The notes under the pieces are model-generated. The model saw nothing but the letters and a program-made list of their open reading frames with translations, did not search any database and was not told where the DNA came from. The position numbers were made by a program, and so were the translations under genes. Of a DNA stretch of 64,000 nucleotides, positions 15,101 through 25,508 are shown one piece after another. The stretch covers positions 434,001 to 498,000 of the forward strand of contig NW_025766869.1 of assembly GCF_003918875.1 (NCBI RefSeq), read 5' to 3'. How positions within the stretch are numbered: the first letter of the stretch is position 1; the number at the start of each line of letters is the position of its first letter. Origin of the DNA: Haliotis rubra. Taxonomy: Eukaryota.

Positions 15101-18100
15101 ACCCGGGTCTTCGGCGTGACGAGCGGACGCTTTAACCACTAGGCTACCACACCGCCCCGAAATTTATGTTGAAATTCATATTGTCGTGTGTGTAGAGTTC
15201 AGCTCAAGTATCATCTGTCGAGTGTTAAATATGAAGTGCTTATATGTCCTTAGTTGTAATCATAAGATTCATGTGCAGTGGTTTCTGCATTACCACTGTG
15301 GTATCACTACTGACATTGAAAAAGTACTGCTTACATTCCTACGCGGTGCTCAGAATGTGGTTGCAGTTATTACATTTAGAGGGTGGTGCTTACATATGTT
15401 TACGGTAAGGTTGAAGTAGTACTTATGTTTTTGTAACAGAGCTTAAAATACCTCTCTGGTGCTTACAGTGAGACTGCAGTGCTTACATTTATGTCGCAGT
15501 TTTTAAATATCACTGTGGTTCTTGTATTACTGGGTAACAGTACTTAATGAATGGCATTCATAAGTGTTACACGTAAGGAAGAGGGTTTTATGGTTGTCAG
15601 CTTCTTTATCATGAGGAACACAACGTTTCGGAGTATATCCTTACTCCTTACGTAATAATGCTTTGGCACCTTACTGTGCTTATATTGATGTTGATGATCT
15701 TACGATAACTGGGTTGGCACCTTACTGTGCTTATATTGATGTTGATGAGCTTACGATAACTGGGTAGGGCTTAAGTGTTACTATTATGCTTACATTTAAG
15801 TTACACTACCTACATTTTCGTTGCAGTGCTTACATTTACGTAAACGTTCTTGGCGGTGCCTGCTGTGAGGTGGGTGTAATTAAATATCTGCAGTAGTGCT
15901 TAAATACCCCAGTCGTGATTATCGCAAGTATGCAGTGCTTATATCTTCGTAAAAGTGTTTAAAAACCTTCACTTTGCTTACAGTGTCATAATAACGTTTA
16001 AATAACCCTGTGGTTTTCATCTTAGGCGAACGGTATTTACATTTACGCAGTAGTGCTTTAGTACTCTTACTATGCTTACAGTGAATATGCTGTGCTTACA
16101 TGTACGTAGTACTGGTTCAGTTTTCTGAATGTGCTTACATTTAAGTTGCAGTGCTACATTTAGGTAGTAGTGCTTACATACCTTTATGGTGCCTGTAGAG
16201 GTTGCCTCGTCACTATATGGCTGGAATAATGCCGATGTAACATAAAGCCCAACTCAACTGTAGAGGTTGTTGACATGACATGTGTAGTAACACTTTAAAA
16301 CCCTTGTGGTGCTTACAAAACGCATTGCTGATTATGCGTTTGTGCGCTCCTTGTGCTGTCGTAATGCTTAACGGATGGAGGCATGTGCATGTCTTACCCG
16401 AGATAGTGCCCTCGGTTATCATTTTGAGAGTGTCGTTCTTAAGGGTTTCGAGAAGGTCTTTGCCTACGCCGGCAGCAAATGGTACAAAGTCTTTTCCTGT
16501 CTCTTTCTTAGCTCCTCCGGTGGTTTGCAGGTCGTCCTTGAGACCGGACAAGGCATCCCTTTCTGTGCTGTGGGTTGATAAAATTATATATAACAATACT
16601 GTAATTTTATTTTTGACACAAGAAAATATTTGTGGATCCCAATATGTACACAGTTACGTTTTAAGGAGGATGAGTTGAGGGAATTGTAACAAGTTGCTGA
16701 GCTTTCTAAGCGACATCGAACCTTTGAACAAATCCCTAAGTTAGTCATGTGTTTTTTTCTTAAAGACTTTTTATGACGATGCGAACATATTCATTTTAGG
16801 GTGAGTTTGACTTTGAAATTTGTATTTTATCGTATATCGAACTTTTGAAACCACCTCAGTTGACGTATACCTAGGACCATCGGAAGGGTGGAAAGTCTAA
16901 TTCAAGTGACACAATATTGCCAGTACATACACCGTATCTCTCTTGCCAGTATGGAACAGTTTTGAAATAGCCTGTCCAAGAAGATCTGGAACAGAAAGAA
17001 CTGTTATGCGTGATGTGCTTTTGCTCTCAAATTTATGTTCAAATATATTGTCATGTATATAGTGTATATGTAAGGTTGTGCTTAATGTGCCTTGGATGTG
17101 CTTAATGTTGGTAGTGTACCTAACTGTTGTATTCCCGTGGAAGTGTTTAAATACCACCATGTGCTTATATCAAGGTTGCATTGCTTACATTTATCGTTGT
17201 ATCGCTTAAACACTTTGTTGATGTTTACATTGACGTTAGGGTGTAATTCATAAATACCATTTTGGTGCTTATATTGAGATCCAGTGCTTACATTTGAACA
17301 GTACGACTAAAATACCATGTTTGTGCTTAAAGTGATGTTACAGTGCTTACATTTACATGGTGTTGTTTAAATTCCCTACTAGTGTTTACATTAAGGTTGG
17401 AGTGCCTTATCTTACACAGTGCTTAGTGCTTAGATAGTATTGCCATTCAGGTGCCTGCAGAAGATAATGTGTTATCATTTTAGTGCTTATTTTGCCGTTG
17501 TGGTGCTTAGATAGTTTCATTCATGTGGTGGTGTGTAGTCCTGTGGATAGAGCTCATGTCACAATCAGTTGTGAACTTTAGCAACATTGGGCGCGGAGAG
17601 TCTTTGGATGGGTGACAGTGTTTGGCAGCTTGACTCCTGAGAGTTTCTAGGACTTCAGTCCTGCCCTACAACGAAGCACATGCGATACACGTGATCTCAC
17701 CTTAGGCAAGTGAGTTTGTTCAAATTTGCCTCTGTTCATCCAGCAGAAAATGGGTACCCGGTGAAATAAGTCGTGAGACTATAACCTTCTAGCGCCTAAC
17801 AGGCAGAATGAGTTATCCGGGTTAATAATGATCAGATTGTGCGCTTTGAGCAGGATACCTAGCATAGAAAAGGCGCTTTATAAATATCCTTATTCTCATT
17901 ATCATGTATGTGTCGTACCGGAGATTGTGTTCCCGACCATTTTGAGAGTGTCGTTCTTTAGGGTTCCGAGAAGGTCTTTGCCAACGGTCTGGGCATATGG
18001 TACGAAGTCCTTTCCTGTCTGTTTGATAGCTCCTCCGATGGTTTGGAGGTCATCCTTGAGGCCGGTCAAGACATCCTGTCCGAGGGCGACACTCAGCGTC

Positions 18101-18129
18101 AAGGCCAGTACCACTATGAAAACCTTCAT
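145..18129 (-). CDS. Secreted multi-copy peptide precursor (gene 1): signal peptide plus at least 12 tandem 72-aa modules, each encoded by an exon A/exon B pair; 3' end lies beyond the window start
   Basis: Exons in transcription order: A1 18129-17919 (MKVFIVVLALTLSVALG-QDVLTG..TIS), B1 16985-16931, A2 16567-16398, B2 14660-14606, A3 14232-14066, B3 13505-13457, A4 12762-12596, B4 11955-11907, A5 11629-11463, B5 10550-10502, A6 9930-9764, B6 9057-9009, A7 8438-8272, B7 7102-7054, A8 6845-6679, B8 6384-6336, A9 6059-5893, B9 4923-4875, A10 4303-4137, B10 2771-2735, A11 2477-2311, B11 561-513, A12 311-145. All have AG/GT borders. A is phase 2->1 and B phase 1->2; the splice gives 2590 nt (863 codons) with no stop. 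Module consensus: (L)SERDILTDIKNDLQTIGGAxKxTGKDFVPFAAGIGKDLLGTLKNDTLKMVGGTxS-DLLGQALSKLFHGKRD. Confidence 0.88.
836..1175 (-). mobile_element. tRNA-headed V-domain-like SINE (second copy ~27525-27812)
   Basis: tagtggttagagcgtccgcc head, then aaagacgttaaatatggtgcttgttgg..ggctcggagtcagtataatgtgtctgagtgg..gctagcactataaaa; two similar copies. Family assignment is from recall of molluscan V-SINEs. Confidence 0.7.
1979..2033 (-). pseudogene. Truncated exon A remnant (3' part only)
   Basis: LLGTLGNDTLKMVGGTIT with a G|gtgag donor but no acceptor; fused to the intron sequence cggcagttgaaatgtgc also seen at ~6403, just before exon B8. Confidence 0.8.
12955..13001 (-). pseudogene. Truncated exon A remnant (5' part only)
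   Basis: Intact acceptor plus SERNLLTDIKND, then fused to sequence matching the intron that normally follows exon B (gtggatcagaataagta). Confidence 0.8.
13233..13397 (-). mobile_element. tRNA-derived SINE family 1 (~170 bp), representative copy with TSD
   Basis: A/B-box head (ggggcggtggggtagcctagtggttaa..gggttcgattccc), tail gctggaatattgctaaaagcggcgtaaaac(tcac)n, TSD ttgtag(a)cccggag. Other copies at approx. 3843-4016, 5648-5770, 7984-8151, 11193-11347, 14986-15158, 25690-25830, 27217-27389, 31891-32042, 35107-35263, 36265-36405, 44520-44670, 47234-47402, 49514-49665, 51252-51418, 58709-58878, 63791-63919; many have 7-14 bp TSDs. Confidence 0.9.
17527..17900 (+). mobile_element. CORE-like SINE with L2-type 3' tail (5'-truncated copy at ~7423-7545)
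   Basis: ccttaggcaagtga..gcctc..aaatgggtacc core; tail tgtgcgctttgag..aaaggcgctttataaat. The 7423 copy is absent from the paralogous intron at ~5243. Confidence 0.65.
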
Positions 18130-18857
18130 CTTTGCTGTTCTGTAGTAACAAAAGTAGAGGGAATGTAGAAGCAAAATCATATTTGTCATCATATGTTAAT
18201 AAACGTCTATAGAGTCATTATTAGCATGCACCTGTGACATATTTACCGGAAAAAGTGCTTCAATTGCAGGCGAGACTGTTAATTTTACAAATTTCAAATC
18301 GAGCACTTTGTCAAAACATTTTGCAGTGCGTAGTCTCTTGTCGAGCGGCTGATTTGAAACTGGAGCCGTACAGCTCGAAAAAGCGGTCTTCTGGTTGTCT
18401 TCTGATTTTATTTGGAATGTAGTATTTCTGACGTAACCTGTATTGACAAATCCTCATATCCTAGTTTAGCGGTGGCGAGCGTTATTAATGGGACTGAGGC
18501 TCTATGACCTGGTTGAGTGCATGTCATTGTTTCTGATGTGCGTGGATTGATGATCACGATGTCATTCACTGGATTTTCCGGTCCAGGTTGTCGAGATCGA
18601 ATATTTACAAACTGTCGCAAAGGAGTTGAATGTTGCTTAAATGTGGAAATAATAACTAACAAACAAAAAGTATAGCATATATTATATATCACTATGTTAC
18701 CATTAATAATACCATGGGGACGTGCGATACGTGCACGGTGTGGCCTGGAATTGCCGTACATGAAGACAGGCCAAACGGTTCAATGTTTTCTTGAAAGGTA
18801 TTATTCTGCTGAATGATACTTTATCAATGAAACCCAAAGTTACCAATTTATTTATTT

Positions 18858-19959
18858 GACACCCCAACATGTTCTATTGATTGCCATATGACACCCCAAC
18901 ATGTTCAATTGATTGGCAAGTGACACCCCAACATGTTCTATTGATTGGCAAGTAACACCCCAACATGTTCTATTGATTGACATGTGGCACCCCTACATGT
19001 TCTGTTCTTTGACATGTGGCACACCAACATGTTCAGTTGATTGGCAAGTGACACCCCAACATGTTCTATTGATTGGCAAGTGACACCCCAACATGTTCTG
19101 TTCATTGACTGGTGGCACCCCTACATGTTCTGTTCTTTGACTGGTGGCACACCAACATGTTCTATTGATTGACAAGTGACACCCCAACATGTTCTGTTCA
19201 TTGACATGTGGCACCCCAACATGTTCTGTTCTTTGACATGTGGCACACCAACATGTTCTATTGATTGGCAAGTGACACCCCAACATGTTCTATTGATTGA
19301 CAAGTGACACCCCAACATGTTCTATTGATTGACAAGTGACACCCCAACATGTTCTATTGATTGACAAGTGACACCCCAACATGTTCTGTTGATTGACAAG
19401 TGACACCCCAACATGTTCTGTTCATTGACAAGTGGCACACCAACATGTTCTATTGATTGACACGTGACACCCCAACATGTTCTATTGATTGACAAGTGGC
19501 ACCCCAACATGTTCTGTTGATTGACAAGTGACACCCCAACATGTTCTATTGATTGACAAGTGACACCCCAACATGTTCTATTGATTGACAAGTGACACCC
19601 CAACATGTTCTATTGATTGACAAGTGACACCCCAACATGTTCTATTGATTGACAAGTGACACCCCAACATGTTCTGTTCATTGACATGTGGCACCCCAAC
19701 ATGTTCTATTGATTGACAAGTGGCACACCAACCAACATATTCTTTGACATTGCCCACCAACATTGATTGACAAGTGACAACATGTTCTATTGATTGACAA
19801 GTGACACCCCAACATGTTCTATTGATTGACAAGTGACACCCCAACATGTTCTATTGACTGACAAGTGACACCCCAACATGTTCTATTGATTGACAGTGAC
19901 ACCCCAACATGTTCTATTGATTGACAAGTGACACCCCAACATGTTCTATTGATTGACAT
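18858..19959. repeat. 32-bp minisatellite (~34 copies)
   Basis: Unit tgacaccccaacatgttctattgattgacaag; contains the palindrome aacatgtt. Confidence 0.95.
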
Positions 19960-21090
19960 TTAACCCTTGGTGCTTCTCTTTTGTCTAATCCATTCAGCAC
20001 CATTTCATCATTCAATACCTCTTTGTATTTTTGCAACTATGTATTATTTTCGATTTGAGGGAACATTTAAAGAACATATTTTAAGTTCTATCCATCCATA
20101 CGATGCTTAATTGTAAGACCATATATTGCTGCAGTTCACAAATATTACAGACAAGTTTTCCCATGTGTGAGTATGAGTGAAATCAGAAATTGTTGCAATC
20201 ATTTGTAATGAATAGGAACCTTCTCACTGTATTCAATTGGCGTTTCTCATCCTAGATTTATGAGGGCCCAAAACAACGATTATCTAACGAAAACTATAAT
20301 ATTATGTGATATCATTACCCTCAATGATTTTATTAAATGTTAACAGGGCTAGAATATATAACCAAAGGGTCGCATTAACCCTTTGTTACCAACGATTGTA
20401 TGACCATTTCCACACAACAACACGTTATCTGTATTCAGTATGTCAGACTCCAAATATTATCAAAATATTATCCAGAAATCATGGTTCGAAAAAGCCATAT
20501 GATTTTGTTTAAAAACGTATATAATTTGAAAAAAAATACAATACTGGGTTTTCAATTTTGTATGTTATTATTCTTAAGGGTCCTCACGAAAAAAAAAAAT
20601 ATTTGGTCAAATTGAACAATATTGACATTTTCAGTTGCATTGGGGTCCCTTTCCATAAAGCGCCTTTAGCTATTTGGGTTCTCAAATATTACCTCAGCAC
20701 CGAGGTCGCTTTTTGAACGGGGCCCTTTGGAGGCATTCATCCAATGGGCGTTCGCCGTTTGGTCACGTGAACAAAAGTTATTTCGCAATATTAATTCTCC
20801 ATTAATGGAAATGCAATAATCCAGCGAAAGGCTTCCAGATCCACTTTGATCCAGACCCTTTGACAGGGAAGTACACAGACAGTCTCAGAATACGTCCTAA
20901 GCACTCCATTCCTGTCGTAGGGGCGACTAACGGGATCGGGTGGTCAGACTCGCTGACTTGGTTGATACATGTCATCGTATCCCAATTGCGTAGATCGTGC
21001 AGGCCGCCGTCGTATAACTTGAATACTGTAGAATTTTACAGCGTTAATGAAAAACAAAACCTAAAAGTACGGATGGGATGTTTGTGACTC

Positions 21091-21165
21091 TTACCTGAGA
21101 CTGCTTGTTGTAGAAGTCTAAAACTAATTATATAATCAGAGGACTTTATTGAGTGTAATCACGTG
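21091..21165 (-). promoter_or_regulatory. Candidate TATA promoter and tiny 5'UTR exon of gene 1
   Basis: A1 starts with an acceptor 10 nt before the ATG, so an upstream non-coding exon is expected. Minus strand shows TATATAA (21134-21128), CAGT about 30 nt downstream, a strong donor CAG|gtaaga at 21094, and CACGTG upstream. Confidence 0.35.
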
Positions 21166-23337
21166 ACATACATAACACGCGCTCTGCCACCGCTCCTAGG
21201 GAACTGAGCATATGCTTGGCATAGGTTGGTATTAAGATAAGGTGTGGCAAGATAACGGTTGTATCTCGGACCAGTGGTCTTTGTATATAAACTGAACATG
21301 TATACAAACTGAAAGTCTCCGGACTTACGGGCGGGAGTTCGTTGTTATAGTGACCTACGTCTGTCTCAAAAGACGACCAACTGGATCGAGAGGTCAGGCT
21401 TGTTGATTGCGTGTCATCCCGGAGGCATGAATCGGTGCTCATAACATCGATCACTAGATTTTCTGTTCCAGACGTATTGTTGTACATGGCGCTCTTGTAT
21501 ATACGTTTAGAAAAGTAGGGGTAGTGGGAAATAAGTTATGATTTCCACAATTGTAAGAGATATTAGTTGTTTGATACTAACAGAGTTCGGAACGCATTAC
21601 AACTTGCAGGCGCGTAGCAAGCTAATTTTGACGTGTAAGCCCGATAGGTTGGAAAGCTTTACATTAAGACAGTATAGACCGCCCAAGCTTTTAGCAACAA
21701 TCATGTGTAAGCCCGGTATTTTTTCATAATGGTAAGTACACCCCTGACTTGCCATGAAGTAGGAGAGGAAATGTTTGACCTATAGAGCTGTTTAAGGACG
21801 ATAGAGACGGGAAATTTAACACTTGACGTTTCGGGATCAGGAGTGTGGGTGTCCTCCCATCACCCAGACAGGCAGTTCGCAGACGCCTTAAAACAACAAC
21901 ATTTACGGTTCAATGAACAGATTAGCTACTCCCTGTTACCTACACATTATAATGGAACAGTTCAAATAAAAACAAAAGAACAAAGCTGAAACTATATTAT
22001 TTACTTTGAAATGTGGCCGAAAAGACAATTATTTGAAATTTGATTGCTGCAATATTTAAAAACAGTTGATTTTCATAAACATTACGGTTTAACCTTGTCG
22101 TCTAACGGGAGTTATCATCACATTGAAAACATTGTCAAGAAGACATGTAGAATTATTGAAGCATTTCAGAAATTAAAGTTCCTACTATCTAAATAGAACA
22201 ACACCAGTTTTTCTTCAGGATTTACTCCCACCTGTACTAGTCAACCGGACAATCTATGAGTTAAGAAACTAGGATAATTTTAGCCAACCATGTACAAGAC
22301 TGAGGTACTCAACATCATCTTTTATTCCCCTAGCTATTAGAAATTGCGACTGTGTTGCATCATTTAAATCTTATATCAACGTGAAAGAAAACTGTGTACC
22401 TATATCAGGATCAGGAACCTGATGATAAAATGTGACACCCTGAATCTTTGGTGTTGTTCTTTTTCTTTTCACACTTGTAACATACCAAATAACCTGAATT
22501 GAGCTTGTTAAGCAATGAATGGAAAGGAGTTGACGATGTTTTGATTACGCTGCCATGTTTGATCACGTGATTGCTTGCTACTACTTGTCTTATGACAACA
22601 TGTATAAACGTAATCCGACTTGAAAGACGCAAGTCATCTACCAAGGTACAACAAACACGTGGCTGGAGAATGTCTGGTCTGGCTGATGTGCTTGAGTGAC
22701 TTTGAACAATGACCAGTGATTGTAACCAGTGATAATTACATGTGGCTTGAGATACCTGTAATGAGGAAGTTACCTGTATTGGTGTAATGTGTAGTGTCAA
22801 CAGATTTACGTTTTCTGTCTTTTATCAAGTAGACATCGTCAGACTGAAATGCGTTATTATAATAATGCGAGAAGAGTACAGACGCATTTTTCGCATTAAT
22901 AAAATCAGTATACGTGCGACCAATAGCTTCTGAGACATTGTGTCAAGCATGTGCTTTATATGTGCATTGCAGTATGGTAGGGTATAATCTACATTTAAGT
23001 AGTCGCTCTTGGATTCAGATGTTTTAATTACGGCTCATGTGAATATTTATCATTAACAAAAGTGGGAGACACTCAGTTTCAGAGTGATACTATTTGAGAA
23101 CCAAGCTTCATTATCGTATACTGATTCAGAAAATGATTATTCCATTCAATACGTATCATGAATTACGTGGAAGCATTCTTCACCACGTGCACATGGTCGG
23201 GGTAGAATTCGAAATTACCAGTATCAACTGACATTGTCTTGCCGTATTGTTTAGTGATTAAAAACATATTATAAGTGTTTCTGATATTTTGTGTAAACGT
23301 TTGTCATGTCACAAACGGGTCTGGCTGGTTGGAAGCA

Positions 23338-23338
23338 T

Positions 23339-23381
<43 letters not shown>

Positions 23382-23446
23382 CATTGATTGAATATTCCAA
23401 TTGAATGAAGTGTGGACAATGTCATGATTGATTGATTGATTGATTA

Positions 23447-23484
<38 letters not shown>

Positions 23485-23549
23485 ATATTTATATGAAAAG
23501 ACAAAAAATTCAAATGCAACATCTTGATTGTTGTGACACACATGATTGA

Positions 23550-23587
<38 letters not shown>

Positions 23588-23590
23588 CCA
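23338..23590. repeat. Interrupted (GATT)n microsatellite
   Basis: Three GATT runs. Confidence 0.95.
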
Positions 23591-24779
23591 GCATGAATCG
23601 TTGTTTTCAAGAACATTGGTTGGTTTGGTTGTGTTGATTTGATATTGGTGGTTGGTTGGTTGGATTATTGGTTGGTTGAATGGGGTCCATTCCCATCGTA
23701 AAGGTCTTACTATTGGTTAGAGGTTGATGTTGGTTGATTGATATACTCAGCAATATTCCAACTATAAATAATCAGTGTGGACAATCCAGTGATCAACAAC
23801 ATGAGCATCGATCTACGCAACTGGGATACGATGACATATGTCAACCAAGACAGCGAGCCTGACCACCCGATCTCGTCAGTCGCCTCTTACAACAAGCATG
23901 GGCTACTGAAGACCAATTCTAACCAGGATCTTCACGGGTCCATGTTGGAAGCAGGAACAAGAGAGACAGGATGCCTTAACATTTCACAGTCAGCAGTTAA
24001 CAGGTTTCAAGTGATCAGCCCTGACCCAAATCAATCAAATGATTTTACCTATGATTGATTTTAACCTTTTACGCCGCTGTTCGTGTAGTAAATGTCGAAT
24101 GTGGTGTTGTTTTCTTGGTTTTGTTTCGTGTTTGACAGTAGCATTAAATAAATACAAAGCCACAGAACTGCACAGTGATAATTTGACCATTCCGCATTCG
24201 TCACCATTCGCACGATTCCCTAACCTACAAGAAGACTCGTCTGTTGAACATAGAGGTAAATAGGACTTTTTTGACAGGTGACCTACTTCATTTGATGAGT
24301 GTGATTAATGAGTTTTTAATCCCTCTCACGTGACCTCTAGACTAATGCTTAGTCTCTGAATATATATAAGTTTGATAGTAACAAACAAGCCCATTTAAAT
24401 TGAAAAGGAGCCCTAGGGAGACCAGAGATTCAGAACCTGAACCTGAGGAAATCTAGACTTGCTTTATTTAGGGCTTTAGCACTGCAGAGAGGAGCTTGGC
24501 AGTGGGGAAAATAATGTGGTTCAGGGACTGTGAGACAGACTAACGTGACCTCATACGTGGGTTGCTAGGTGACCTAATGGAAAAACCCATCCTTATCAGT
24601 TCATGACACGCATAAGGACATGACATGACATGACAAATAAAATTGTATCACCCAATCAAAAACAGTATCCATCAATGAATAGTTGTTTCTGTGACAACTG
24701 AAATAGGTGAATACTATGTAACTGATAAGATACATCATATAATCGGTTGATATATGACTTTAAATAACCCTATTGAGTC

Positions 24780-24975
24780 CACAGGCCCTTGTGTCTTTGC
24801 GAGGATAAATGATTAAAAAGATATTGTTTGTGAGATGACCCCCGACTCGAAATGCTCCACAGTACAATACATCATAATGTATTATACTGTGAAGCATTTC
24901 GAGTCGGGGGTCATCTCAAACTTTTGTATATGTTTTATAAAATCTTTAATCCTCGCAAAGACACGAAGGCCTGTG
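24780..24975. repeat. Foldback palindromic element (~195 bp)
   Basis: Arms cacaggccc..tctttgcgaggat..tgagatgacccccgactcgaaatgct / agcatttcgagtcgggggtcatctca..atcctcgcaaaga..ggcctgtg. Confidence 0.85.
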
Positions 24976-25483
24976 ATTGGGTCCTCAAATAGATAAGCCC
25001 CTCACGTGACCCATACTCTGTTTGCTAAGTAACCTAAAACCTAATGGATAATCCCTCCAGTACATTATTGATGATTGTATTGACAAGAAAAATAACCTAA
25101 AATACAGAGACGACAACCCAGTGTAATCAACACAGTTTAGCATAATTCCACTTGTAGTGTTACTATACGTCCTTTACATGCAAATATCAAAATAGCAGTC
25201 TAATTCTTTTTGGTCTGAAAAACGTCTGACAGTTCTTTAACAGTTTTGTATATTTCTTAAAATATGCTGATTCGAATGGCCAAAGGGCTCCTTAGCACAC
25301 CGTCCGTTCCTTTCCAACAAAGACTAAATCTTCTTGGCTGCTGCAGTAATGTGTTTGAGCAATGGCTAGAAAATATCTAAATACTACCTTTATCACTGAC
25401 TAACGGGTGTAAAGTCCAGGACAAGACCATGCAGCCTTCACGTGACAAGAAGTTTAACACACAAGGTCGTTAAGGCAAGAGTG

Positions 25484-25489
25484 TTTATT
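25484..25489 (-). terminator. Polyadenylation signal AATAAA of gene 2
   Basis: tttatt on + strand, 20 nt downstream of the gene 2 stop codon. Confidence 0.6.
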
Positions 25490-25508
25490 GCCGTGACGGT
25501 TTTGATCT

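Noticed and set aside
145-18129. Array read as separate small genes or as a CRISPR-like repeat/spacer array
   Set aside because: Only A1 has an ATG and signal peptide; the other units are bounded by phase-compatible splice sites, and the spacers are homologous introns in eukaryotic DNA.
147-18145. Recurrent plus-strand ORFs (LTVPPTILRVSF..PAANGTKSFP)
   Set aside because: Antisense shadows of exon A; the signal peptide, splice sites and phases all support the minus strand.
18993-19847. Cys-containing repeat ORFs
   Set aside because: Translation of the 32-bp minisatellite; the unit is not a multiple of 3.
23304-23616. QSIN-repeat ORFs
   Set aside because: (GATT)n microsatellite.
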